A stretch of 63,411 nucleotides of DNA, filler included, from Octopus bimaculoides (GCF_001194135.2; 8 parts of 8 records of this genome joined end to end with filler, not necessarily neighbours in it); one strand, 5' to 3'. Positions 1 through 13,768 are shown, numbered from the whole stretch's first letter. The notes: generated by a model from the letters alone, not told the origin. A program made the numbers and translations.

Positions 1-76
1 ATATATTCATATTTATATTCATATTTATATATATATGCATATAAAGCTCTAAGCTGAAACTATAATTAAAAAAGAA

Positions 77-107
<31 letters not shown>

Positions 108-1595
108 CATACACACACACATACACATATATATATTGAACGTATGTATGTATACGTAATTACTAAATATTAAATATTGAATATATACACATGAAAATAT
201 ATATACAAATACATCATCACATGTATGTATGTATGTATGTACGTATGCATGTATGTATTCTTTTGTATTATTGATCGAATTATTTCTAACCAGCTACCCA
301 TTTACTGATAGTGTGACAAGGCAGTTTACTGATGTAGAATTTATTGATAATATTATATAGAGGACAACTTCGTGTTTTGGCTTTAGGCTTGTTCACATAT
401 GTACATACACGCTCACCACATAACACAATCATCCAAACACGCGCATACACACACGATCGTATACACACACAAGCATACATTAATGATGTTCTAAAAGATT
501 TCTATATTTAATGAATGTAAATAAATTTCTAAATAAAGACACACATCTTTACAATCCGTCTTACAGTGCTGGAGCACCTTAATATACAATGGAAGTTGTC
601 GCACTTTTAAAACTTCTTTCATTTGTTAAGCAGTAAATTTATGATATATCTTGCAACACATGAGTCTTTTGCAGGTGAGATTTTCGAAGAGTGTTAGACT
701 TGACAGCTTATTCCAAAGTCTCGCCCATGAAACGGGATTTGTTGGTGATTTATGATTATGTCCCATGTTAATATATGCACACATCTACACACAGACAGAA
801 TATGTAATTTGCATATACATCATATTAATTGTCACTTCTACTCACTATGAATTATATATNNNNNNNNNNNNNNNNNNNNNNNNNNNNNNNNNNNNNNNNN
901 NNNNNNNNNNNNNNNNNNNNNNNNNNNNNNNNNNNNNNNNNNNNNNNNNNNNNNNNNNNNNNNNNNNNNNNNNNNNNNNNNNNNNNNNNNNNNNNNNNNN
1001 NNNNNNNNNNNNNNNNNNNNNNNNNNNNNNNNNNNNNNNNNNNNNNNNNNNNNNNNNNNNNNNNNNNNNNNNNNNNNNNNNNNNNNNNNNNNNNNNNNNN
1101 NNNNNNNNNNNNNNNNNNNNNNNNNNNNNNNNNNNNNNNNNNNNNNNNNNNNNNNNNNNNNNNNNNNNNNNNNNNNNNNNNNNNNNNNNNNNNNNNNNNN
1201 NNNNNNNNNNNNNNNNNNNNNNNNNNNNNNNNNNNNNNNNNNNNNNNNNNNNNNNNNNNNNNNNNNNNNNNNNNNNNNNNNNNNNNNNNNNNNNNNNNNN
1301 NNNNNNNNNNNNNNNNNNNNNNNNNNNNNNNNNNNNNNNNNNNNNNNNNNNNNNNNNNNNNNNNNNNNNNNNNNNNNNNNNNNNNNNNNNNNNNNNNNNN
1401 NNNNNNNNNNNNNNNNNNNNNNNNNNNNNNNNNNNNNNNNNNNNNNNNNNNNNNNNNNNNNNNNNNNNNNNNNNNNNNNNNNNNNNNNNNNNNNNNNNNN
1501 NNNNNNNNNNNNNNNNNNNNNNNNNNNNNNNNNNNNNNNNNNNNNNNNNNNNNNNNNNNNNNNNNNNNNNNNNNNNNNNNNNNNNNNNNNNNNNN

Positions 1596-1640
<45 letters not shown>

Positions 1641-1644
1641 GATA

Positions 1645-1712
1645 TGTAGGTTCATAACGTAAAGGACTTTCTCGCTTTCCCGAGCGTCTAAATCACACAT
1701 ACACTTCACACA
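1645..1712 (+). mobile_element. Short Penelope-like terminal repeat remnant
   Basis: gtaggttcataacgtaaaggact...ttcccgagcgtc matches the copy at 34200-34246 (gtaggctcgaaacgtaaaagact...ttcccgagcgtc); the Penelope assignment is inference. Confidence 0.45.
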
Positions 1713-1916
1713 GGTATAGCCGTACTAATTACCTGGTGGAGGACTCAATATACAATGTTTCAGAAAGAAGCGCTAGTTGAATACAGACTGTTAATAAGAA
1801 AATGAGATTACAAAAAGTAAACAAGGAACTCATAAACTTCATTAGCTCAGTAAGATACTTGTTTCTCCTACCTTTGCCATCTCGTATTCCTAAATGTGTG
1901 TGTGTACGTATAAATG

Positions 1917-1978
<62 letters not shown>

Positions 1979-1988
1979 NNNNNNNNNN

Positions 1989-2036
<48 letters not shown>

Positions 2037-2452
2037 GTGTGTGTGTGTGTGTATATATGCATGTATGTATGTATGTATGTATAATGCTCGTAGCCACTTC
2101 AGCATCCGATATATGTAATGTGCACATTCTATTTTCTGCCCTTCCGCTGAAAAGAAAAAGCCTTTAAAACATTTCAGATTTCATTGCTTCTTAAATACAA
2201 GAAAAATATAGGCTGCATCTATAGGGAATGGATAAATTTAAATAGTCCTCAATCTATTTTTACTTCCCTCCATTCATTACAATATATTTATATATAAATA
2301 TGTATATGTATATATTGATATATATATATATACAGACATGACGGCCTGTACATGTAATGCATATATACATATATATATATGTGTGTATATATGTCGATAA
2401 ACACATGTAAATATACACATAGGTAGAAACATACATAAATACTTAAGTGTAC

Positions 2453-2485
<33 letters not shown>

Positions 2486-2487
2486 AG

Positions 2488-2527
<40 letters not shown>

Positions 2528-2764
2528 NNNNNNNNNNTACTTCCCTCCATTCATTACAATATATTTATATATAAATATGTATATGTATATATTGATATAT
2601 ATATATATACAGTGAGATAGAGAAAGAGAAAAAGAAGTAGACAAGGAGAGAGAAGTAGACAAGGAGAGAGAAAATGACAGACAGAAAGACAGAGAGTGAT
2701 ATATTATGATATTGTGTATATATATTTAGATATATATGCGTGGATGGATATATATAATGTATAA

Positions 2765-2840
<76 letters not shown>

Positions 2841-3274
2841 ATGGATATGTAAAACTCTACATACACACACGCACGTACGCATTTATATCATATATATGTA
2901 CATCCACAGACTCACTCAAATGCTTATTCATAGATACGTCAATATATCCTTACATACACATGTAAAAAGAAAGTATTATGTTTACACTTGTTTACGGATT
3001 TAAGCATGAAAGTATTAGCACAAGACCAGATCTTATAGATCAACTTCACTTCACTCTGTCTCGCTAGACTATATGGAGAAATAATCATTTTTATTGGCCA
3101 ATGTTGTAGAAGTAATATTATCAGGATTGTCCAACTTGAGATTCTCCTTCAACAGAATTTTAGTGGCTTTTTATACATCAGGGCATGCAAAAATACTTTA
3201 TAAAATGATAAATATTCTCGTATATATAAAAACAAAAATATAGATGTAATTGTAGAATCGTGTATATATATGTA

Positions 3275-3313
<39 letters not shown>

Positions 3314-3977
3314 NNNNNNNNNNNNNNNNNNNNNNNNNNNNNNNNNNNNNNNNNNNNNNNNNNNNNNNNNNNNNNNNNNNNNNNNNNNNNNNNNNNNNNN
3401 NNNNNNNNNNNNNNNNNNNNNNNNNNNNNNNNNNNNNNNNNNNNNNNNNNNNNNNNNNNNNNNNNNNNNNNNNNNNNNNNNNNNNNNNNNNNNNNNNNNN
3501 NNNNNNNNNNNNNNNNNNNNNNNNNNNNNNNNNNNNNNNNNNNNNNNNNNNNNNNNNNNNNNNNNNNNNNNNNNNNNNNNNNNNNNNNNNNNNNNNNNNN
3601 NNNNNNNNNNNNNNNNNNNNNNNNNNNNNNNNNNNNNNNNNNNNNNNNNNNNNNNNNNNNNNNNNNNNNNNNNNNNNNNNNNNNNNNNNNNNNNNNNNNN
3701 NNNNNNNNNNNNNNNNNNNNNNNNNNNNNNNNNNNNNNNNNNNNNNNNNNNNNNNNNNNNNNNNNNNNNNNNNNNNNNNNNNNNNNNNNNNNNNNNNNNN
3801 NNNNNNNNNNNNNNNNNNNNNNNNNNNNNNNNNNNNNNNNNNNNNNNNNNNNNNNNNNNNNNNNNNNNNNNNNNNNNNNNNNNNNNNNNNNNNNNNNNNN
3901 NNNNNNNNNNNNNNNNNNNNNNNNNNNNNNNNNNNNNNNNNNNNNNNNNNNNNNNNNNNNNNNNNNNNNNNNNNNNN

Positions 3978-4051
<74 letters not shown>

Positions 4052-4371
4052 GGTGGGTGTTGTATAACATCAACGATAGCCGAGTCTGTTAGAGTAAAGC
4101 TCCTCCAACAGACTCGGCTATCAGACTTCATAGTAACCCAATATATTGGCGTATAATACAGAGTTCCATGCGGCTGCGATCCAAAAGATGCGATCGATGA
4201 AACAATTTCCTGGGGAGTATAAGGCACTGACTATCCCGAAGTATGACATGTGAATATATTTATTTATCTACTTTGCACCCTTAGGAAGTCAAGTTTTTAA
4301 ATCGATGTATTGACCTGTCATACGTACTAACATTTCTATCCTTTCATAATATATATTATTTTATTCTTTCA

Positions 4372-4653
4372 TTTGGTTTCAGTCATTTGACTGCGGCCAT
4401 GCCGAAGCACCGCCTTTAGTCGAGCAAATCGACCCCAGGACTTATTCTTTCTAAGCCCAGTACTTATTCTATCAGTCTCTTTTGCTGCACCGCTATGTTA
4501 CGGGGACGTAAACACACCACCATCGGTTGTCAAGCGACGGTGGTGGGACAAACAGAGACACACAAATATATACATCATACATATATATATATATATATAT
4601 ATACGACGGGCTTCTTTCAGTTTACATCTACCAAATCCATTCACAAGGCTTTG
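4372..4653 (-). mobile_element. Bipartite tRNA-derived SINE (family AB), 5'-truncated, with internal (TA)n
   Basis: Tail module cagtcatttgactgcggccatgc...ggacaaacagagacac, then (TA)n, then head-module 3' part cgacgggcttctttcagttt...cacaaggctttg; same layout as 42544-42918. Confidence 0.85.
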
Positions 4654-4915
4654 ATATATATATATATGTATGTCTATACGTTTGTATCTATGTATATATG
4701 TATGTATACACGTACGTATGTATGGATGCATATATGTATGTACATATATATGTATGTACGCACTACGTATGTATGTATGTATGCATCTATGTAAGTATGT
4801 ACGTATGTATGTACGTATGTGTGCATGCATGTGTCGCTGGTAGTCCATCGCTATTCGATGATGGTGAAGTATGTGTTTTCAGCAATCAGAACGCGTATAT
4901 AAATATATACACATA

Positions 4916-5125
4916 CAGTGGGGTGCAAAAGTATGTATCACATCAATGTTATAATATTTAATTCATTAAGATTATTAGTTCATTAAATTAGCGTCAGTTT
5001 TGATATTTTCAGTGTCATTAATTATAATACATGTATCATAACTATGTTATTAAATGTAACATTTCATTTTCGTAACTTTTAATGTTTATAAGTATTGTAC
5101 GTACTTTCTGTTTTTCATCACTATA
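4916..5125. mobile_element. Possible Tc1-like MITE remnant
   Basis: TA + cagtggggtgcaaaagtatgtatcac at the left end (Tc1-type CAGT terminus); only a degenerate reverse complement near 5095-5125. Confidence 0.35.
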
Positions 5126-5191
5126 TACCAAGTTTTCAACCACCTTGTATATGGTGTACAGGCCCTACTCTCACGCACACATACTTACACA

Positions 5192-5194
<3 letters not shown>

Positions 5195-5285
<91 letters not shown>

Positions 5286-5288
5286 TCC
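5195..5288. repeat. (CT)n microsatellite
   Basis: Direct reading. Confidence 0.95.
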
Positions 5289-5509
5289 CTCCAGCATATA
5301 TTTCTCTGTTACATCCACATGAATATAAATGCAGAGACCCTTGAAACTAGGTGACAAGCAAGCCAACCTCAGGTAGACTTGGAGTATTCAGGGGACATTA
5401 CTGATGAAGTTGCCAATAGCAACGAATGGATTTTGGCAAAACTACCTGGTTAGTTGAACAAACAATAAATCAAACAATTGACTACCTAACTGATTAAATT
5501 GTAAATTAT

Positions 5510-5573
<64 letters not shown>

Positions 5574-5592
5574 TGATGATGATTTTATGATT

Positions 5593-5684
5593 TAGTGCGA
5601 CCATGAGATAGAGAATAGGAAGCCAGATATAGCCTTAATTGAGAAAGAAAGCAAACTATGCTGGATCATAGATATAGGATGCCC

Positions 5685-5685
<1 letters not shown>
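5593..5685 (+). mobile_element. R4/Dong-like non-LTR fragment, restriction-like endonuclease (RLE) motif
   Basis: Translates as CDHEIENRKPDIALIEKESKLCWIIDIGCP (RLE PD...D motif); (AAT)n(GAT)n upstream, (TTA)n downstream. Confidence 0.75.
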
Positions 5686-5729
<44 letters not shown>

Positions 5730-5734
<5 letters not shown>

Positions 5735-6008
5735 ATAGAAAGGATTGAGGTAACTCCTCCTGAAGATATAGAGTCAAAATTAAAAGAAGAGTGCCATTTG
5801 CTATCTTGTGAACAATATTTCGACATCTCGCGTGTCTTCCACTGGCACTCTTCTTTTAATTTTGACTCTATATCTTTAGGAGGAGTTACCTCAATCCTTT
5901 CTATATTAACCAAAATGAAGTAGATTGACAAATTTATTTTTTGAACCAGTGGAAGACACGCGAGATGTCGAAATATTGTTCACAAGATAGTAAATGGCAC
6001 TCTTTTAA

Positions 6009-6107
<99 letters not shown>

Positions 6108-6162
6108 TAGAATGGATTGACGTAACTCCTCCTGAAGATATAGAGTCAAAATTAAAAGAAGA
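5730..6162. repeat. Nested inverted and direct repeat structure
   Basis: 67-bp inverted repeat 5730-5796 / 5843-5909 (1 mismatch); 5946-6011 is an inverted copy of about 5778-5845; (TTA)n(TAA)n palindrome about 6012-6106; direct copy of the first arm 6103-6162. Confidence 0.92.
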
Positions 6163-6234
6163 CTGCATGTGAAAGTTTTAAATCTAACAAATCGACTTTA
6201 GGAATTATGTTGTTTTGTTTTGTCTGGGATTTAT

Positions 6235-6476
6235 AATTTCGGGGTCTTTCAGCGAACAGCTATGTTACGTGTAAGTAAACAAACCAACACTAGTTTTCAA
6301 CCGCTCGCATCGAGTATATTCCGTACAGTTTCCGACGACCAAATTGACTCACAATTCATTGGTCGGCTCGGGGCTATAGCAGAAAAATCTTGTTCAAATT
6401 TCTGCGCAGTAAGACCGAGCCCGAAGTCATGGGCTTTCAAAATGAGCTTCTTAACTACACAACCATTACTGCGCCT
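6235..6476 (-). mobile_element. Old, diverged family AB SINE
   Basis: Head end (...cttaactacacaaccattactgcgcct), core cagtttccgacgaccaaattgactcacaa and partial tail module; almost no internal microsatellite. Confidence 0.65.
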
Positions 6477-7088
6477 AAAAATAATCTGTAGGTATAAACA
6501 ATATTTATATGCAAGTAACCAAATAGGGATTATACCATCTTGCTTACAAACTTATTTTCACAAACCAGTAGAATAAAGAATAGAACGGGTAGAAAGCGGA
6601 TCCTGGAACAATTGTGGCCTATAGTCTGGTGCCAATAAATAAGGAAAAACTCATTCATCTATGATATCTGTTGGAAATGCTTTCCTACATTTGCATGTTT
6701 ATTACGATAAGAATATATTGACAATGGTCATCTGCCAGTAAATGTAGAAATAGAGTCACACACCGTGAAGAAGTCTTATGGTAGATATTCCGGAAGATAT
6801 AATTCCTCTTGCAATGAACAGGCCATATTGATAATAACGGATGCCAACGAAGAAGTGCTACATAATTTTGACAGAATGATAATATTACAATTTGAAATAG
6901 GAAAATAGACAACGGAATATGTAAACGTATTCAGTGCCTATCAAGAAGTTCCTGACCCAAAGATGAACACATGCTCGTCAACTTTATCATCATCATTATC
7001 ATTATCGTCATGATCATCATTTGCATCGTGGAGGTCAAGGATGTCCTCGTTGTAGTCGTTCTTGCCATCTCGGCCGTATCTATCATCA

Positions 7089-7225
7089 TCCTCGCATCAA
7101 CATCATCCTTGCATCGACATCATCCTTGCATCGACATCATCCTTGCATCGACATCATCATCCTCGCATCGACATCATCATCCTCGCATCGACATCATCAT
7201 CCTCGCATCGACATCATCATCCTCG
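7089..7225. repeat. 17-20-bp minisatellite (cctcgcatcgacatcatcat)
   Basis: Period-20 units visible at 7141-7225 and 17-nt variants upstream; probably derived from (CAT)n. Confidence 0.9.
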
Positions 7226-7646
7226 TTATCATCATCACCACGAATCTGATCCTATAACGAAAAGATTTCCTTTGTTTTCCCTGCATAATAATACGAAATC
7301 GAAACAATTGTTAAAATTCCATTTTGGATTCGCTTATGTTTCTTTAGTTCCCTTGTTGATGTTCACTCTTTAGTTCCCTTGTTGATGTTCACTCTTTATT
7401 CACCCTGGTGATGTCCATGAATTGACACAAAATTTTTGTTTCCTTTAAGGCTCTCAATCCATTCTATACCTCAATAATACCAGTGGAAGAGAAGTTAGAG
7501 CAGTGTTATAGATGTACCATTGAAATGTAGGAATTTGAAGTTAGTCCCTTTACTCTGCGAACAAAGGTGGCTTGACGTTTCGGAATTTGGACTTTCATCC
7601 GATTGAAAAAATACTGTTTCATCCTATCTCTCTCTCTCTCTTTATT

Positions 7647-7681
<35 letters not shown>

Positions 7682-8497
7682 GTCGGTCTTCCTTTCTATC
7701 TCTGCCTCCTCTCTCTCCCTCTGTTATTATATATTACTATATACACATCCATACACCCATCAATCCATTCTTCCATACATACATATATGCATGAATGCGT
7801 ACATACATATATATGTATGTATGTATTATGTATGTATGTATGTATGTATTATGCATATATTTTTGTATGTACGTATGTAAGCATGTATGCATGTATATCT
7901 ATATGTATAAGATACTCTCAAAAGTTCATTTACATGTACTCAATAAGTCATTAACGATTATCCACACGCACAGCTTCCACTCTAAGCCATTCTCAAGCAC
8001 AGGCAACCACGAGTTTCGTTCGACACTTGAATGGTCTTAACACATCTCTGCTGCATTTTTGCTGAACTGAGACCATAATATTTGGGGTGATTCCACTCAA
8101 GCATAAAAATGGTAAAATAGTTTTGACAGTGGATTGATGGTGAAAGCAGTGAATAGGCAACCAAACTCTACACTACCTGCGGCGAGTGCTTGTCAACGAT
8201 GTCACCAGAGATAGAAAGAGAATTAGAGGTTATATGACAATCTCGAGTGTTCCACCATTCATTATATCGTATCGATAAAATGGATATACGATTGCAGATT
8301 AAAATAATCGCATTTTTCATAAGAAAAAACAATATCAAGTAGCGCTTGATAAAGATATAACGATTAATCGATTCGAAGAGTAAATAGTAGGACGCATACA
8401 TACATATACATATATTCATATATATATNNNNNNNNNNNNNNNNNNNNNNNNNNNNNNNNNNNNNNNNATGGTAGGTTATATATATGTCTATAAATGC

Positions 8498-8529
<32 letters not shown>

Positions 8530-9475
8530 ATATATATTTATATACACACAAACACATATTTCTATATTCAGAAGCATATTGCTATTAATACGTACATATA
8601 TAAGTAGATACGTGCTTACATACGTGCATAGGCGTATCAAAGCAGGATTTTGTTAAAAGCAAGTCCTTGTGTAGTTGCCTCTTCCACTAGGTTCTGATTC
8701 CCCGTTTATATTTCCCTTCGGTACCTTTTAATACCATTGGCAATATCACACACACACACGCACACACACAAACACATATATTGACATGCTTAAACACAAG
8801 TAAACGCACGCGTACGCGCCCCTACACGCACTTCAAACATCTCAATTTATCTCTCATAGAAAATCTCATAACTTCGGCATTGTGTGATAATTCAATATTT
8901 ATTTCAAGGAAAATCTTTGTCAAATATTTTTAATCTCTGGTTTGAATTGATCTCACTTACTCCCTTTCTTTCTCCCCACTGTCTCTCTTTCTCTTTCTCT
9001 CTCTCCCTCTCTTTTTGTCACTCTCACATCCTTTATTCTTTTTCTCCTTTCTCTGGAGTAATTATGAACATTAGTCAAGGAATTTATAATAATTATGCTC
9101 TAGATTAAATTAATGTTTGCTTTTAATATCTCGGAGAATATAAGGTAAATATTTATTCAGTTATTACGATATTCAGGAAAGTTTTAACAAGATTGTATCG
9201 GAAGAGATTAAAGAAAGGATGATGGGTGAGGAATGCAGTATGGAATATTGTGAACATTTTGTAATTATCACAAAGAATTGCTTTCATATCATCGTATCAA
9301 TATAGGTTTGTTGGTTTGCTACAGCAGAATGGGAGTTTGTTTGGTAGAGAATAATACAGGAGAAATCATTTCATTCATGATTAGATACACATATATAATA
9401 TGTACATACATAGGGACGCGCGCGCACTAGTGCACACACGCAATTGCGCACGCACGCACAAATACTCACACAAAC

Positions 9476-9513
<38 letters not shown>

Positions 9514-10464
9514 NNNNNNNNNNNNNNNNNNNNNNNNNNNNNNNNNNNNNNNNNNNNNNNNNNNNNNNNNNNNNNNNNNNNNNNNNNNNNNNNNNNNNNN
9601 NNNNNNNNNNNNNNNNNNNNNNNNNNNNNNNNNNNNNNNNNNNNNNNNNNNNNNNNNNNNNNNNNNNNNNNNNNNNNNNNNNNNNNNNNNNNNNNNNNNN
9701 NNNNNNNNNNNNNNNNNNNNNNNNNNNNNNNNNNNNNNNNNNNNNNNNNNNNNNNNNNNNNNNNNNNNNNNNNNNNNNNNNNNNNNNNNNNNNNNNNNNN
9801 NNNNNNNNNNNNNNNNNNNNNNNNNNNNNNNNNNNNNNNNNNNNNNNNNNNNNNNNNNNNNNNNNNNNNNNNNNNNNNNNNNNNNNNNNNNNNNNNNNNN
9901 NNNNNNNNNNNNNNNNNNNNNNNNNNNNNNNNNNNNNNNNNNNNNNNNNNNNNNNNNNNNNNNNNNNNNNNNNNNNNNNNNNNNNNNNNNNNNNNNNNNN
10001 NNNNNNNNNNNNNNNNNNNNNNNNNNNNNNNNNNNNNNNNNNNNNNNNNNNNNNNNNNNNNNNNNNNNNNNNNNNNNNNNNNNNNNNNNNNNNNNNNNNN
10101 NNNNNNNNNNNNNNNNNNNNNNNNNNNNNNNNNNNNNNNNNNNNNNNNNNNNNNNNNNNNNNNNNNNNNNNNNNNNNNNNNNNNNNNNNNNNNNNNNNNN
10201 NNNNNNNNNNNNNNNNNNNNNNNNNNNNNNNNNNNNNNNNNNNNNNNNNNNNNNNNNNNNNNNNNNNNNNNNNNNNNNNNNNNNNNNNNNNNNNNNNNNN
10301 NNNNNNNNNNNNNNNNNNNNNNNNNNNNNNNNNNNNNNNNNNNNNNNNNNNNNNNNNNNNNNNNNNNNNNNNNNNNNNNNNNNNNNNNNNNNNNNNNNNN
10401 NNNNNNNNNNNNNNNNNNNNNNNNNNNNNNNNNNNNNNNNNNNNNNNNNNNNNNNNNNNNNNNN

Positions 10465-10495
<31 letters not shown>

Positions 10496-11669
10496 AAACT
10501 TGTGAGGTTTCATCACTATCAAACTCATGTTCTCATGTGTTAAATTAGAAGTCTAAATCGCCTTCATCTACTCGGCAAGATTAAGCTTATTTCCCCAAAC
10601 TATGTCAATCCTCTAATGGAATTTTCGTATTGTCTAATCTTCTAACAAGAGGCAGAACTGGTATTCACACAACCTTATCTATAAATAATAACATATATTA
10701 ATTGCTTCTTTGCCAATCATTCAAAGGCTATGAAATGGATTGATATTTGCTTTGCACATTATATTTAATGTCAATCTTTCTGTTACCTTGTTATTTAAGG
10801 ACATTTGTACGTATTTGATTGACACTTCTTACTTTCTGGAGATAAATAAGGATGACAATCAAATGAAACTATTGAATTTTTTCAGCGAAACGAGTTTATT
10901 AAGAAACATCCCTTACTTGTTAATGCCCAGACTTTGATGCTGAACAGACAGGAAATAATTTGCATATTTATTTCTTGACCAGATTGAAGTATAGTTTCCG
11001 TATAAAAGATGTATAATCGTTTGCTTCGAGCACACTTATTACCTTACAGTTATGATTCATATTGAAACGATGGTGACATAAACGAGAATCCAATACGAGC
11101 GATTATCGTATTCTCCTTCTAGTATGTTATGCTTTCCTATTAACCCCCATTACTAGCCGTGACTATTTTTATTCGGGAAAAAAAAATGTTGATTCAGTTA
11201 AGAGTTATATCGTCAAGTAAATCTTCAGTAATGCAAAGCTGGTTTGCAATTTAATCCAACATACAAATGATATAAATTATTACCAAATCCTTCCATAAGA
11301 TTAAAATTCAGAATTTAAACAAGGCAGAGAATACAATGTCTCTAGCAACACAATTTCGAATAAAAACAAATGTTTAAACTAACCAAACGTAAACTCAGTA
11401 CTCGATATCAGTGTTAACAGCTACAATATGATCAAAGATGGTCTAATAATGATTTAAATGTTCATTTATTGCATAAAACATAAAAGTAATTAATTAAAGT
11501 CTTAGTACTGATTCTAATCAGGCACTAATTATGGCATGCTGCATATATTATGACTCACAAAGCTGTGTGATATAAGGAAAATCTATGTTATTGTCGCTTG
11601 GTGACTATTCATGACTGTTTCTCATCTTATGTTGCCTCCTATGGTTTGTTAAGTAATAGGTTTGTTTGG

Positions 11670-12320
11670 TGCTGCATCTTGACCCGGTCTGTTATGTTCT
11701 AGCGCTTGATCTGTTTGGATTTTGAAATCGCAGGGGATTTTGCTTGTCTCCAGCACCGACACACTACGTGGCTTGTGCTCATATCACATTTTGCCTCTCT
11801 CTCCAGACCCCACTCTTCGCACAGATTCCAAAGTAGCACTTGCGTTAGCTTATCGCGTGACCTCAGATTGTAGTGGTTTTGGGCAAATTTAGGGCATTTG
11901 TTTCTTAGTATGGGCAATGGTTTCGTCCACTCTATGACAGATGCACCATAACGGGGACACTTCTTCATTTCTAGGGTTGACCCTCGAATTCGTGTCAAAA
12001 TTTGGTTCTTGTGCTGCCAGTAGAGTGCTCTCAGTCTCTGTTTTCAAGATTTCTTTCTTCAGCCAAACCTACATGTTTTCCAGCAACTTCTGTTGTCGCT
12101 ACACGTAATTGATTGTCTAGTCCCTCGTTTCGTGATGCTTTTTCATGTCCCTTTTGAAATTCCTCCTTGAATTTTCCATTTATATCTGCTTTCAATCCTC
12201 CCTCATTCCTAACTAGCACTAACAACTTTACCCTTATACACTCGTTTCTGAATGCCTGCGTAAAATGTCTTTTTTCAATCCGGCTGTTAGAGTTTGCAGA
12301 CTTTTTCTCCGCTGATATAC
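11670..12320 (-). mobile_element. R4/Dong-like non-LTR fragment (post-RT, zinc-knuckle and RLE start), frameshifted
   Basis: Across frames: WLKKEILKTETESTLLAAQE; KCPKFAQNHYNLRSRDKLTQVLLWNLCEEWGL; YEHKPRSVSVLETSKIPCDFKIQTDQALEHNRP. These are typical R4-clade C-terminal motifs. Confidence 0.85.
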
Positions 12321-13321
12321 ACTTGAAGATATTCAAGCTGAATATGAACCATATCAAACATATGGATAAAATGAAACTTGCAAAAGCGCATCCCTGACTC
12401 CATTCAATGAAACTGTAACAAGCACGAGTTGACACAGTCCCAAATCAAATTAATGCAGGAATCCACTGGGAGACTGCTAGAGAGTAACACTTACTTCAAA
12501 ATCCTCACCCCTAATCAACCTCTCTCCTTTCTCACGAACAGAACACGGATTAGGTAATATTTTCTTACAATCCGCTAAAACCAGCGGGAAGGCCATGGTG
12601 GAAATACAATTGTTAAGAAGAAATGTTCAATGAAGGTTAACTTGCGGCTAAATAGCACTAACAAACCACGTCAGGATAAGGGGTTCTGTCAAGAGGACAA
12701 AGCGCATTATTCATCGAGCGAAGGAACCCCGAGGACATTAATTCGAGAGAAAATATTATATTCGGTGTCGATAATAGCTATTCATGAACGAATAATCACC
12801 GTCAGTAGGTTGATAAATGGGCAAATTGCTAAGTAACCGACTCAGTTAACAGAAAGCCAATTCCTACGGCAATCTCTTATATGTTTACGTCATTCAACAT
12901 CAGTGATGCTGGCAGTTATAAGTAGAATCACATTAAGACAACCTACATTAAGAGAAATGTACATAAGGTCCATCGATGGAAATTTGTATGACCGATCACG
13001 GTTCTAGTGTTCTCATTGTAATCCGATACATCAGAATCTGTTTGATTGGCGTTTGCACTTCATTAAACCTTCCTATACAATTAATTGGTCGGAGATATTC
13101 AAGACAAAAAGGGAAGGTATAAAGGGAGGTGACAATGAAAATATCTATTGTTTCATAGAATCAAACGACAAAAAAGGCCTTTCATTTCTAATGAACAGAT
13201 TCGAATATCTTGAATACATTTCGTTTCTGACTTGGTCGCACATTAACTGATTGATTATGTGATAGTTCACTACCTGGTCAGTACCGACATATAGAGATGT
13301 GTAGATGTGTGTCTGTATGTT

Positions 13322-13365
<44 letters not shown>

Positions 13366-13735
13366 CGCGCGCGCGTGTGTTGAAGAGAGAAACAGATAAG
13401 GATGGAGAGAATAGACTCATATAGTATTAGATATGCTAAGGATGAATATGTGCATATGTGTGTGTGTGTGTGTGTATGTATCTATATGTATAATATATAT
13501 TATATATATATATATACANNNNNNNNNNNNNNNNNNNNNNNNNNNNNNNNNNNNNNNNNNNNNNNNNNNNNNNNNNNNNNNNNNNATATATTTAGAGAGA
13601 GAGAGAGAGAGGGGAGAGAGAGAAGTTGAGAAAGAGATATAGAGGAACGATTAAGTAAGACGAAATATAAATAGAGATACATGTATATGTGTTTGTGGGC
13701 ACGTGAGCTAGAGTGTGATGGAGACTGTTTCTGCA

Positions 13736-13768
<33 letters not shown>

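Noticed and set aside
567-680. Strong donor CAG|gtgaga at 674 with an upstream acceptor at 566
   Set aside because: The 108-nt candidate exon has stops in all three frames, and shorter options give no recognisable peptide.
6712-6900. Open stretch EYIDNGHLPV...RYSGRYNSSCNEQAILIITDANEE with vague Ig-like or VWA-like look
   Set aside because: Weak splice signals, no decisive motif, and conflicting family guesses. A TBLASTN is needed.
7341-7397. 26-bp direct duplication (ctttagttcccttgttgatgttcact x2)
   Set aside because: Ordinary local slippage duplication with no further structure.
12838-12925. DAGSYK* resembling the Ig D-x-G-x-Y-x-C motif
   Set aside because: A stop replaces the Cys, and there is no in-frame upstream Cys/Trp or splice support.
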